From: a virus
Length of the DNA stretch: 64,000 nt
Direction: 5' to 3' (one strand)
IMG/VR virus record: IMGVR_UViG_3300044644_001556
Within the stretch, counting starts at the first letter, position 1. Each line of letters opens with the position of its first letter. The notes beneath the pieces were generated by a model that was not told the origin of the DNA, did no database searches, and saw only the letters and a program-made list of their open reading frames with translations. Both the position numbers and the translations under genes were made by a program. This document shows, one piece after another, positions 47,001 to 56,475 of this stretch.

Positions 47001-48505
47001 CATTTAATGATCATACTGGATGGGAAGTTGGTGAATTAACTGCTGGGACTGAAATATTATCTAATAAAAACCAACCGTATGGTTATGCTGGTTTAGATCA
47101 AGATGGTTTAATTCCCGATGCGATTATGCCATTTAGTTATAAATTAAGCAATTATCATATGGATACGATATTTGCCGATGTTATTATTGATACTGCTTAT
47201 AAAACTCACATATACTTACCTAGAATAGATAATCTATCCGTTACCTTACGTGATGCGGCAACTTATCTATTAGGTAATATGACTCATATTATCGAAAATA
47301 GAGGGTCATATACTTTAACAGTTCGTGATTTTACTGGAATTATAGTAGCTGAGATTAAACCAAGAACTACAACTAATTTATTATTAGTTGATAATGCAAC
47401 TTCAGCTGGTATTTGGGTTCCTTTATTAGGAACTGCGACGTCAATTAATTTTAGATGGTATCAAGATACTAATTTAAATATATCATCAAATAATATTAAA
47501 GTAGTTTACTTATCACCAACGGAATTATATTTAGTTTACTTAGATGGTATTAATAATCTAATTGGTCAACGCATAATTATAGTTAATAATATTGCAACTC
47601 TTGATCCGCCGTCTATTATTGACTCGGTTGTTGATCCGATATTCGACGTAGTTTCAGTAACTAGTACTATAGTGTTGATTACTTATATTGGTGCTATTAA
47701 TTATATCTCGGTTTGTTTTTATGATGTTGCTAGATCAGTTCTATCTGCACCGACGACCATATACGTAGATCAATTAGTTACTATTGATCGATTAGCGAAT
47801 ATTGATGCTTATAATTCAGTAATTTTATATCGAACTGCAGATAAAATGTCTTCTACGTTAATGGTAGATACGGCAGTTTTCCCTATAGTATTATGGGGTC
47901 AAATGGATTTACGAAACGATTTAAATTGCGTTGATTTAGCGCCGGTTAGTATTAGTCAAATGATGGCTGTTTTTTCAATCAATGGTTTATTTAGAATTGG
48001 GGCTTTTGCATTAAATAGAGTTACTTTCGGTGCAACATTAAGTGTTTGTTATGATATAGCGCCCGAACCTGCCATTAATGTTACTTTAACTACGTTAGCT
48101 ACTGGTCATGCATTATGTACGTATATAAATCAAGACCATTTCGTAGTTTTAACTATATTAAAAAATACGACCTATCAAGCGAATATATCTCATGGCGTCG
48201 CTAATATAGTAACAGTCGGACCAAAATTAACTTTAACTGGAGCGATTGCACGCAGAGTTTCAGTCAGTGCATTCGCTAATGATATTGTTTCGTGTGCTAT
48301 TCTAAATGATGGTGATTATATATCAGTGTTTAATTTAATCATAGATGATAATAGTATTACTATTCGTGACGCATCTGAACGTATAGTCGAAACCGGTTCC
48401 AATTCTTCAGTTAATGTATGTGCAGTTACTGATACCTCGGCATTATTAACTTATAATAATAACGTTGATAATAAATTGACAGCTAAATATTTAACACTCA
48501 ATTAA
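44027..48505 (+). CDS. tail fibre-like protein
   Basis: Repeated GDVTS, VTVN.KGLV..G, G.A.LD..G motifs, LP.A.TL..G modules and a propeller-like C-terminus. Confidence 0.65.
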   Translation: MLSDGFRYLEGSVNTNLTLPLTTSLPSVYTPNEGEVVYVTTGSNPGFYLYNGVRWICVLSTITNSTGHVILDIKTLPAFNGDVTSEEGKNTLTLNQIIPALAGTTGTFNSVTVNEKGLVVGGHNYTELSDMGITSSDPLLSSFITSSAKGEPDGLAGLDSNGKLFVNNFPEFIGGDVTSSGISGTTKLLLNKIYKPFTPVNPTDTDPLISIAGQYNLLTVNDKGLVTDGTKLELYTKSEIDALLGIAVFEVPDISVTVGTKVEPIDITNVLYALNNYPNILNSVRGAIVLFTGLGLSYIRKTVSANNPLTDWVELPQILNNINGAMVHNLLVSDIRLINTSPKLQLVIRTDWDKRFTLPAAKTLPLGGPIFVFKNTDPNNRYAVYSHNDTLLSYVDAVTDVSFYLHGNTDDDWTFIIQSSKDHEFIENKSPNINLVDPISLVPSDKLYPTQRAVKMYVTDTIKRDILDLKGKSELVVGATPPRLKIPGFATLDVNNFLTLSQLPPEAVNKTYSIPDTFLDNHVYVNVTRTNYLDAIDNYASVNNVTYQIGDIVILDIIKKVYILQSKNPSVWVELASGVLSINGNKVGDVHLDASDIETGVFDPARIPNINYLNGVFDNDYITADLILTNTSAPIQSLKTLTPNIDVFLPDATTMSSVGVRFVIRNTGAKTKPVTDRLINIKSSDGSILYPLYPTQSVNILLVNTTIDSADCWEVIGQATYHRFAELDSNARLLTIQLPTFIGDVTSPGGTNTLTLKDAPFYNSSYVSNFYEYTKINRSGIAIDVKNKVFSIPDVSGLPLQSDPNFDPTAKYLIDNSTCSYRWDGVRYVLDDDLIASHVYIIETPGADKSHIILPNSPALLAKPKDIVFVRELKRSYILTADPASHLPNWDLLTTEGNYICQSLISIPLAVDIILDKDSDQFHLFKTSTQNGSDNWKFVLPRARTLSMGGMLFVFKNAGIRLVDKGVDIISYTGELVYTVEPGRFISLYLNSFNDHTGWEVGELTAGTEILSNKNQPYGYAGLDQDGLIPDAIMPFSYKLSNYHMDTIFADVIIDTAYKTHIYLPRIDNLSVTLRDAATYLLGNMTHIIENRGSYTLTVRDFTGIIVAEIKPRTTTNLLLVDNATSAGIWVPLLGTATSINFRWYQDTNLNISSNNIKVVYLSPTELYLVYLDGINNLIGQRIIIVNNIATLDPPSIIDSVVDPIFDVVSVTSTIVLITYIGAINYISVCFYDVARSVLSAPTTIYVDQLVTIDRLANIDAYNSVILYRTADKMSSTLMVDTAVFPIVLWGQMDLRNDLNCVDLAPVSISQMMAVFSINGLFRIGAFALNRVTFGATLSVCYDIAPEPAINVTLTTLATGHALCTYINQDHFVVLTILKNTTYQANISHGVANIVTVGPKLTLTGAIARRVSVSAFANDIVSCAILNDGDYISVFNLIIDDNSITIRDASERIVETGSNSSVNVCAVTDTSALLTYNNNVDNKLTAKYLTLN

Positions 48506-48514
48506 GAGATTTTT

Positions 48515-49057
48515 ATGCGATTACCTAATATTACAATTAATGATCATGTAATACAAATACCAGCAGTATCATATACTAATGCAAATAAGCCCAGCAACCC
48601 AGTTTTAGGCGACTACTATTATCAAACTGACGGTATTACTGGTTTATATAAATTTACTGGTTTAAAATGGGATCATATGGGTGATTCGGTTCAACCAGCG
48701 AATCCATGGACTGTAGATTATAATAATAAAAAATTGATTAAATCATCATTTGTTGGTGAATTAGAAGATTTAACTGGCGCTGCTAGATATTATCCGGAAG
48801 AAGATATTTTATTAACCGATATTTGGGCTACTATTGGAGTTCCGTCTAATTTAGGAACTCGTATTAATCTATATAAAAACGGAAATACTTTATTAGAGTC
48901 AGTTTATATCCATCCAAATACTCATAAATCGATAATTATGAGTAATAATATACGATTAACCCCCGCTGATTATTTAACTATGGATTTACAAGCAACTGGT
49001 GGTTCTGATTTATTATTTACTGCAGTTTATTATGCGGTTATATATAGTGCGATATAA
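48515..49057 (+). CDS. probable virion protein
   Basis: PSNPVLGDYYY motif; L...DYLT.D....G.DL C-terminal domain. Confidence 0.55.
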   Translation: MRLPNITINDHVIQIPAVSYTNANKPSNPVLGDYYYQTDGITGLYKFTGLKWDHMGDSVQPANPWTVDYNNKKLIKSSFVGELEDLTGAARYYPEEDILLTDIWATIGVPSNLGTRINLYKNGNTLLESVYIHPNTHKSIIMSNNIRLTPADYLTMDLQATGGSDLLFTAVYYAVIYSAI

Positions 49058-49084
49058 GAAAAGCCGACATCAGTCGGCTTTTCT
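49057..49084. terminator. bidirectional terminator
   Basis: AGAAAAGCCGAC/GTCGGCTTTTCT between convergent genes. Confidence 0.85.
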
Positions 49085-49094
49085 AATTATTTAA

Positions 49095-49301
49095 TTACGA
49101 TAAAAACTCAGCCATTACAAAACGCATTAATTGATTACCTTCGCCAATAAATCTACGTTCCCGATCATATGTCTTATTACGCTGCTTATCATAAAAAGCT
49201 AAAGTTCGTTGATTACGATCAGTAATAGCAACTTCGGCTCCACCATGAATATCATTAAAATAACCGATAGTTTGTTGACGTCTATTATAAATAGGTTGCA
49301 T
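49095..49301 (-). CDS. hypothetical protein
   Basis: 68 aa with own promoter and AAGGA RBS. Confidence 0.65.
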   Translation of the reverse strand: MQPIYNRRQQTIGYFNDIHGGAEVAITDRNQRTLAFYDKQRNKTYDRERRFIGEGNQLMRFVMAEFLS

Positions 49302-49346
49302 AATTTTTTCCTTTAAATATTATTAGTTAATACAAACAACAAATAT

Positions 49347-49375
49347 ATTATAATGTAATACTATACTACAGTCAA
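49347..49375 (-). promoter_or_regulatory. sigma70 promoter
   Basis: TTGACT-N17-TATAAT. Confidence 0.8.
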
Positions 49376-49448
49376 GTTATTTTTAATCAGATAATAACCA
49401 TAAAAATGGGGTTAATTATTATAATAACCCCATTTAAGTTAATAGTAA

Positions 49449-49805
49449 TTAAATCATTAAAACTTCTAATAACTTTCTAGATTTTGATGGGGTTGCTGTA
49501 AATAATTCATCGAATTTTTCTTTAGGTAAATTCGCTTTTGCTGCAGTGGTCGAAATAGTTAATGATTCATACGATCCGGTTTCGGCGATAAAGTCGTATA
49601 CTGATAATGAGCATGTATTTGTCATTGTTGGTTTCGAATAAATTATTGTAAATAATTCGCTACTTAATTCTATTTGTGATAATGACTCATTATTGCCAGC
49701 TTCTTTAGCTAATTGTTTTTTTAACTCTTCGTATCTTATTTGAAGTGGTTTTATTTTATTATGTAATTCCGCAAATTCATTAATCAATTCATTAATTTCT
49801 GACAT
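49449..49805 (-). CDS. hypothetical protein
   Basis: 118 aa, N-terminal coiled coil. Confidence 0.6.
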   Translation of the reverse strand: MSEINELINEFAELHNKIKPLQIRYEELKKQLAKEAGNNESLSQIELSSELFTIIYSKPTMTNTCSLSVYDFIAETGSYESLTISTTAAKANLPKEKFDELFTATPSKSRKLLEVLMI

Positions 49806-50043
49806 TTTTAATTCCTATTGTTAAATTATTACTACATTATTAGCCGATACCTAATTCATCAACCATTTCACCGTACTGTTTTTCTAATTGATTTAATAAT
49901 GTTTTATTCGATTCTATTTTTTTAGCGGCATTCGGATCGAACATATGTATATACCCATGATAATGAATTGGGTAAGTTGTATTTTGTTCTTGCTTCTCTA
50001 TTTCCTCTGTCATTATTATGTTTCCATTGAAATTTTAATATTA

Positions 50044-50478
50044 CTAGGTTATTCGTCTTATTGGTCGAACGTTATTATATTGCGATAGATATTGGTTTCG
50101 CTTATCGAATGTAACTACATCATATCGATTATTAGTTTTTGTAGAAGTCCAATAGGAGCCATGCATTTGAGCAATTATATTAGTGATAATATTTTCTGAA
50201 ATACTAATTAATTCATACATAGATGGTAAATACCAATCATTATATCCACCGTAAACTAATCGATTACAATAATCATTAGCTTCATCCCAAGACATATTAA
50301 CTTTATTAACTGAAAATGGAGCTACAATAATATCAGCATTTACATTATGTTCGTTTATTTGAACATTAGATATCATTAACCCACCATATTCAGCGATTAT
50401 ATGTTTAATCTTAGATGGAATAAACAACACTTCAGGGTTTGTATGATAATTATATAAATTTAATGGCGGATTTACCAT
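50044..50478 (-). CDS. DUF1566/Lcl-like domain protein
   Basis: MSWDEA..YC..L.YGGYNDWYLPS..EL, YWTST, VRPIR. Confidence 0.8.
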   Translation of the reverse strand: MVNPPLNLYNYHTNPEVLFIPSKIKHIIAEYGGLMISNVQINEHNVNADIIVAPFSVNKVNMSWDEANDYCNRLVYGGYNDWYLPSMYELISISENIITNIIAQMHGSYWTSTKTNNRYDVVTFDKRNQYLSQYNNVRPIRRIT

Positions 50479-50593
50479 TTAACAAAACCTCTATAATACA
50501 ATAAATTTATATTTATACTATAATCGATTGATTTTATTAATAAAATCCCGACATATTTTAAAAATATGTCGGGATATATTTTAAGTACGGTTA

Positions 50594-51073
50594 TTATGAT
50601 TCGACGTACGTAGATTTATCCGGAACTGAATAAAATAATAAATCATCGTTCGTCGCATTGGCGCCTACTATAGTCGCAACTTCTGGACCAATTTCATGTT
50701 TATACATGATTTTAATATTACCATTAAAATATTCGATAACCGCAGCTAAATGCTGATCTTTATTCTCTATATAATTATAATCCGGATTATACTGTAAAAC
50801 GTCACTTAATAAAAAAGCCGAGGCAGTTCCGGTATTTACGTGAAATTTACCGATTGGTTTAAATGGGTTCTTTTCATTTCCGGTTGGTTGAATAATAGTC
50901 CAGGACATATTAGGTTGGACGTTAAACATAGTTGCGTAGGTATCCAAACCTAGCAATTCCATTTTATTACCTCTCGCGCATTTATCCCAATCACCCGGAT
51001 TATTCGGATTTAAAATATACGATGGGTCGGTAATAATAATGGTACCATTAAAATATTGTGTTATATCGTGCAT
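50594..51073 (-). CDS. hypothetical protein
   Basis: IIITDPSY...IGKF motif, 159 aa. Confidence 0.6.
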   Translation of the reverse strand: MHDITQYFNGTIIITDPSYILNPNNPGDWDKCARGNKMELLGLDTYATMFNVQPNMSWTIIQPTGNEKNPFKPIGKFHVNTGTASAFLLSDVLQYNPDYNYIENKDQHLAAVIEYFNGNIKIMYKHEIGPEVATIVGANATNDDLLFYSVPDKSTYVES

Positions 51074-51085
51074 AATTTATTATCT

Positions 51086-51550
51086 CTATTCATTATAAAA
51101 TCGATTAATGCTATCTAACATATCATCTAAGCTATTATAAACTAATACACTTGGATTAATCAATCCTAACTGAGTAATTACATCTATTTTTCTTACGTAA
51201 TTTGGATGGCATGCTACAAATATTTTTTTATATGTTGGTTTAGCATGGACGCCTAATTCATATAATGTAATTGGGCATACGGTTTCTTCAGTAAAATAGA
51301 ATAAGATAGCATTAGCTTCAATTAAATGATTATATTCCCACATAATTTGATTAACTGTCATATTGATATCAGTTATATCAAAATCTGATCTACGGGGGTT
51401 TATGAGCTGAATATCTAAATTAGACAATCGTTGCACTGCATAATCTTGCCAGTCAGAACAATTAGATATACCGCCAGCTAAAAATATAGATGGCCTATCA
51501 TCTGCTTTATATATTTCAGGACATTTTACTTCATACATGAGGAGTACCAA
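51086..51550 (-). CDS. nucleoside 2-deoxyribosyltransferase-like protein
   Basis: IFLAGGI..C.DWQ, NPRR, Q..WE, CPITLYELG. Confidence 0.85.
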   Translation of the reverse strand: MVLLMYEVKCPEIYKADDRPSIFLAGGISNCSDWQDYAVQRLSNLDIQLINPRRSDFDITDINMTVNQIMWEYNHLIEANAILFYFTEETVCPITLYELGVHAKPTYKKIFVACHPNYVRKIDVITQLGLINPSVLVYNSLDDMLDSINRFYNE

Positions 51551-51830
51551 ATGGATTTAATGCATATTCTAATGCCGTATTTGCAGTCCCTGTTTTATCC
51601 GTTGCCGAGACTTCTCGAACTTTTGGATATTTAATATCAAATACTGGTATACTCTCCTTTATAGTACTAGATTCTGTTTCGGATTGATCTAATTTAATTT
51701 CCGATAATATTTGTTTACTTCGTTTCTCGTAATCAAGACTTTTTGCTTTCAATTCGTCACTTTGCTCTGCATACATTTTAGCTAAATATGCAAATTCTAA
51801 GGCAGACTCAATTTGATTTACTAATTTCAT
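51531..51830 (-). CDS. hypothetical protein
   Basis: 99-aa ORF in operon. Confidence 0.55.
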   Translation of the reverse strand: MKLVNQIESALEFAYLAKMYAEQSDELKAKSLDYEKRSKQILSEIKLDQSETESSTIKESIPVFDIKYPKVREVSATDKTGTANTALEYALNPFGTPHV

Positions 51831-51867
51831 ATTATTTCTCAGTTGATTAAAATTTAGTGGTTGTTTT

Positions 51868-53190
51868 TTAAATTCCAGTAATAGCTCTGGCTCGAATTAT
51901 ATCTAATGATTCATCTATTAATAATTTACCATTTTCATAATAAGTTACTAAATTAGCGTCGTCAAATCGACCACCTTTTGATTTTTTACCAGAATCAGTA
52001 ATTGGGTCTTTAACTGTATCGATCCACGCACCATTAATTTCCATTGCTGATGTTTTTTGGGCGAAGCTATACGTATCTCGATTAACTTTTTGTAATAAGC
52101 CGCCACCTGAACCGTAAACTAAAGTTTCAGCTGCAAAACCAAGGGTACTTATTCTAGCACTTAAACCTTCAATCGCATCAGAGTCAATTCCATCACCTTG
52201 AATTAAACTTATATTATTTAAAACATTATAACCTTTACTATTTGAAGTATGGCCAAAATGATAATCGATTACTCTAATTAATTTAGGAATAATATCGTAA
52301 GGATCTCCGCTATCCGGGCGGATAACTACATGCAAATTCTTTTCTAAAATTAAATTTTTAAAATGGATACATAATGCTTCCGTATCTCGGTAAATATCAT
52401 AACCATCTAAAACTATTGATATAACTTCTTCGTTTTTGCAGCTATTTAATATATTGCCGATATAATCAATCTGATTATGTTTACCGTAAGCGCATTGAAT
52501 ACTATGTTCTGTTGCTCGAATTGAATGCCCAGCCATTGGTTCATTATAATATTTTCTTGCAGCTCTTAACGCAACTAAATTATCAGTACCTCTAAAATAT
52601 AATAAATGAGCCAAACCACCAATTTCTGACGTTTCTTGAGAAGAGACGCCCCGAGCTCCAAAATCATGCAATGCATAATTTAAATTATGCATATTATCTG
52701 ATGATCGGCTATATTCTTTTTTTAATCTAGAATAGTTAATATAATCATTAGAAGCAATGGTAGTCGGATACCAGACACTACGCTGCCACATAGACTCGAT
52801 ATATGAAGGTAACCAATATAATTCCGGATCATTACTTTCGATTGAATATAATGGAGTTCTCGATTGAGTTATAGAACCTTCGGGTACGCACTTAATAGTA
52901 ATCGGTAATAAACCACCATATTCATTTAATATCTTTTCCCAACCACTTCTATTAAAAGGTAATCCGTGGGCTGCTAATAATTCTTCAGCTTCATCTATAT
53001 TATCCTGAGTGATAGGATTTAATAGATGTTTTTTAATACTCATTTGAAAACCAAATGGTATAATAGTTTTATTAGGTTTTCTTGCTTCACCATATGCATA
53101 TTGAGCTGTAGTTCCGCTCGGATACATATTAAAATGGCTAGGTTTATAACTATCTGCGTCTAAGATAATATTCTGTACTAATTGAGTCAT
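51868..53190 (-). CDS. nadV: nicotinamide phosphoribosyltransferase
   Basis: DSYKPSH, HDFGARG, ATEHS, RPDSGDP, IQGDG, GSGGGLLQK.NRDT, KDPITD.GK.SK.G. Confidence 0.93.
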   Translation of the reverse strand: MTQLVQNIILDADSYKPSHFNMYPSGTTAQYAYGEARKPNKTIIPFGFQMSIKKHLLNPITQDNIDEAEELLAAHGLPFNRSGWEKILNEYGGLLPITIKCVPEGSITQSRTPLYSIESNDPELYWLPSYIESMWQRSVWYPTTIASNDYINYSRLKKEYSRSSDNMHNLNYALHDFGARGVSSQETSEIGGLAHLLYFRGTDNLVALRAARKYYNEPMAGHSIRATEHSIQCAYGKHNQIDYIGNILNSCKNEEVISIVLDGYDIYRDTEALCIHFKNLILEKNLHVVIRPDSGDPYDIIPKLIRVIDYHFGHTSNSKGYNVLNNISLIQGDGIDSDAIEGLSARISTLGFAAETLVYGSGGGLLQKVNRDTYSFAQKTSAMEINGAWIDTVKDPITDSGKKSKGGRFDDANLVTYYENGKLLIDESLDIIRARAITGI

Positions 53191-53500
53191 CGTTTTTCTC
53201 CCGTTGTTTCATCTCTTGCACTACGTTTCTAACTGGTATTACATATGATTCGGATATGCTATTATATAAAGAAGATTCAATCCAATAACCAACATTCCCC
53301 ATTCCGTATCTAGTTAAAAAGCTATTGATTTCCGCTATTTCCATTGCCTTAGGTAATCGCCAATCAGTATAACCACCGTAATTTAAGAATTGACAATATA
53401 TTGCAGCTTCTTCTTGATTTTGTAATTTAATAAATGCGTCGGATGCAATATCTAAAAAATAGTCTTGATATAAAAGTTCTTTTATCAATATCGTATTCAT
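53150..53500 (-). CDS. DUF1566/Lcl-like domain protein
   Basis: A.IYC.FL.YGGYTDWRLP...E, YW, VIPVR. Confidence 0.7.
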   Translation of the reverse strand: MNTILIKELLYQDYFLDIASDAFIKLQNQEEAAIYCQFLNYGGYTDWRLPKAMEIAEINSFLTRYGMGNVGYWIESSLYNSISESYVIPVRNVVQEMKQREKNDDSISTEYYLRRR

Positions 53501-54462
53501 TTATATCGATCATTTAAATAAGCTGGTTTTAAAAATTCAGCAGTCATAGCCATAATTATATCTCTATGATCATGAAATAAATTTAAATTATTGATTGCAT
53601 ATGATATATCGAACCACTGAACTTCGCTTGCGTCGTCGGCAGCTTTAATTTTAGGTTCGTATATTTCAGGAACTAATACTTGAAATAAAAAGCAATTAGT
53701 TACCCGCATTAAACCACCAAATTTGCGTTTTGGTGAATCAAATATATTATTAAATATCGTATAATCAATCGATTCGCGCTGATCTTTTTCTTTTATTTGA
53801 ATTCCGGCTTCTTCGAATAATTCGCGTTTCGCACAATCAAAGAAAGTTTCATCGTGATTTTTAAATCCGCCAGGTAATGCCCAAGTATCTTTCCCTGGTG
53901 CAAATTTGCGTTTAATTAATAAAATTTTACCGTCATTATAAATTAAAGCATCTGCACAATTAAACTGTAAGGTTTCAGGAAATGGATAACTAGCAAATAA
54001 TTCTTTTTCTTTATTGAAGAAATTGTATTCTTCTTGGACGCTAGGATGCAATAATCCGCACTCTAATAAATTATTACGTATATCTGTCGCGGTAGTATCA
54101 ATATCAGTATAAACTTCTACATATCTATAAGTCGGGAACCATTTTAGGTAATGATTATCTGGTTTAGTATGACCGTAAATTCGAACGTCATTAAATTTGC
54201 ATAATATTTCATTTACTTCGACTTTCCATAAATCGTCGTCATATAGATAATCATTTAATGGGAAAATCGTTACATCGGGAAACTCTTTTAATATCATATC
54301 TCGACGTTCTTGATATGTATAAGGGTTGCGTAGATTTCTCGATTGATTAGCTGAGCCTAATAAAATTACATGATTATCAGTTTCTTCGATCATTTTACTA
54401 ATAACTGCAATATGGCCGGCATGCAATGGTTGGCATCTACCTATAAAAACACCAGTTTTCAT
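53497..54462 (-). CDS. bifunctional NMN adenylyltransferase / Nudix hydrolase (NadM-Nudix)
   Basis: GR.QPLHAGH, GSA, RNP; WALPGGF...RELFEEAG Nudix box; ADDA, DH. Confidence 0.92.
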   Translation of the reverse strand: MKTGVFIGRCQPLHAGHIAVISKMIEETDNHVILLGSANQSRNLRNPYTYQERRDMILKEFPDVTIFPLNDYLYDDDLWKVEVNEILCKFNDVRIYGHTKPDNHYLKWFPTYRYVEVYTDIDTTATDIRNNLLECGLLHPSVQEEYNFFNKEKELFASYPFPETLQFNCADALIYNDGKILLIKRKFAPGKDTWALPGGFKNHDETFFDCAKRELFEEAGIQIKEKDQRESIDYTIFNNIFDSPKRKFGGLMRVTNCFLFQVLVPEIYEPKIKAADDASEVQWFDISYAINNLNLFHDHRDIIMAMTAEFLKPAYLNDRYK

Positions 54463-54810
54463 TTAATTACCTTTAATTTTATTAAATTTTTTAACATCAT
54501 CTAAAATAGTATGCGCTAAATTTACGGCTGATTGTTCATTTAATATTAAATGCGCTTGTTCTTTATGATAACCGGTAGTTAAAACTTCCCAAATAATTTT
54601 AAAACGATTATATGAACTAGACCAAAAATTAGAAGTAGATTCAACGTAAAAACTAAGCGTTATATCTTTAAATTCAGTTTCAGTATCTAATTCAATCCAA
54701 GCATGAACTTGATGTTCTGGGGAGCTACAAGCACAATTGATTATATAATTAGTAGCATTATCAAAATCAGTTCCTCTTGAAATACCTTCTGCCGGTTTTT
54801 GAACTTCCAT
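54463..54810 (-). CDS. hypothetical protein
   Basis: CxC...H motif, 115 aa. Confidence 0.6.
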   Translation of the reverse strand: MEVQKPAEGISRGTDFDNATNYIINCACSSPEHQVHAWIELDTETEFKDITLSFYVESTSNFWSSSYNRFKIIWEVLTTGYHKEQAHLILNEQSAVNLAHTILDDVKKFNKIKGN

Positions 54811-55298
54811 TATCTTTTACTCCAATGTGAATAAATTAATTCATCGAATGGAATTTGAGTTGCATTATAATCAGTAGTTACCAATGCATTACCATCTGTT
54901 AAATTTACAAATTTATATAATACATTATTTTTCGTATAAAATATATCGATCAGTGGTAATTTATTTTGCAATGTTTTAGTATGAATTAAATATCGAATTT
55001 GGGTTTCGTTAGTTAGATAATCATTAATCGTTTCCATTTTACGAATAATACTTTTGGGGACTAAAACCGGTCGTATTTTATAATCAATACGCAATGTAAT
55101 TAAAATCGCTTTTTCAAACTCTTTATGAAACGCAACTAATTCATACCAATCGTGATAATATAATGGATCTAATCTACGGGATGGTTCGAAATCATCATAC
55201 TCATCCGCATAATATAATTCATATAAATCGTCATCAAAATCAAAACAATCACTCATATAGCCTCCAAAATAAATTAAAAGAGTGGGGTCTAACCCCAC
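54810..55298 (-). CDS. hypothetical protein
   Basis: Probable start at MSDCFDF, after GGAGG. Confidence 0.55.
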   Translation of the reverse strand: MGLDPTLLIYFGGYMSDCFDFDDDLYELYYADEYDDFEPSRRLDPLYYHDWYELVAFHKEFEKAILITLRIDYKIRPVLVPKSIIRKMETINDYLTNETQIRYLIHTKTLQNKLPLIDIFYTKNNVLYKFVNLTDGNALVTTDYNATQIPFDELIYSHWSKR

Positions 55299-55311
55299 TC
55301 TATATTAAAAA

Positions 55312-56373
55312 TTAGATACCGAAGAATGCTTGATCTGGATTACTAAATGCACTTAATAATGGTGCAGTATTTAAATTATGCGATTTATTATTATTAGCTG
55401 GAAATAATAAGCCGTTAGCTAATCGTTGTAATGCTCCGGATGTACTTTCTTCCGTCTCTGCAGTATGAGTACTTAATTCCGTTGCTAAATTATAACAATC
55501 AAATTGAGTTAAATGACCTTTTACTTGAGCGGCGATATTTTTATCTTGGAAAACATTATCTTGATAATAATCACGCAGATGAATAATTGGATCACTAATT
55601 TTCATAATAGCATCTAATCTACGAACTTCGGCTGCACTATTAGATATTGCTCTTCTAGCTGCCGCATGTTTAGTTACTAACTGTAGATCAGATACCATTG
55701 CTCTTTCACGACCCATAATACTCAATCGATCGCGGACTAAACTACTTACTTTATTTTGCATTTGAATATTTGCAATTTGTAAATGTTCTTCCCAACGATT
55801 AACTAATGGAATACGACTATTAATTAATTCCGTACTACCTACCATTCCATTAGTACAAATCTGACGCACTAACTCAAATGATCCTTTAATAAATGAAGTA
55901 AACGGATTCCAATTAAAAATCATATTCGAAGTAAAATCTCCACCTTGTTGATAACCAGGAACGTCAAAATCTTGAGCACTCCATTTTTTCATTAACATAT
56001 AATCCGATGGAACAGTATTTAACCGCAATCCAGATCTGATATTACGTTCGTTTGTACTAACTCCAATATGAGCCATTAAATTATCAATGGCATTATCATC
56101 ATGAACAAAGCCGTTATATCCATTATCTCGAAAATCAATTAATTGATCTTCTACGAAAAAATAATTACCGCCAGTTAATCTCGCTTGCAATTGACTAGTA
56201 GCTAACTCAATATGCGGACTATTTAAAGCTTTTGAAATGCGTGAAGTTGAATCGAATAAATGCTCATGAGCTCCATTGATTACGATATGAGCTTGTACGT
56301 TACCAGCTTCATCAAAAACGTTAGATAATTTTACATCTGCATTGCGGTATAATGAATAATTTTGTTGGTTCAT
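55312..56373 (-). CDS. DUF932-like protein
   Basis: RQICTNGM motif; YNLATE..TH near the C-terminus. Confidence 0.6.
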   Translation of the reverse strand: MNQQNYSLYRNADVKLSNVFDEAGNVQAHIVINGAHEHLFDSTSRISKALNSPHIELATSQLQARLTGGNYFFVEDQLIDFRDNGYNGFVHDDNAIDNLMAHIGVSTNERNIRSGLRLNTVPSDYMLMKKWSAQDFDVPGYQQGGDFTSNMIFNWNPFTSFIKGSFELVRQICTNGMVGSTELINSRIPLVNRWEEHLQIANIQMQNKVSSLVRDRLSIMGRERAMVSDLQLVTKHAAARRAISNSAAEVRRLDAIMKISDPIIHLRDYYQDNVFQDKNIAAQVKGHLTQFDCYNLATELSTHTAETEESTSGALQRLANGLLFPANNNKSHNLNTAPLLSAFSNPDQAFFGI

Positions 56374-56434
56374 AATAATTAACTCCGATACGTTGTTATA
56401 TAAATTTAAATTGGTTATTTGTTACTACAAAGAA

Positions 56435-56463
56435 ATTATATCATACTTTCATACTACGGTCAA
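56435..56463 (-). promoter_or_regulatory. sigma70 promoter with extended -10
   Basis: TTGACC-N17-TATAAT with TGn. Confidence 0.75.
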
Positions 56464-56475
56464 GCTTTTTGTCCA

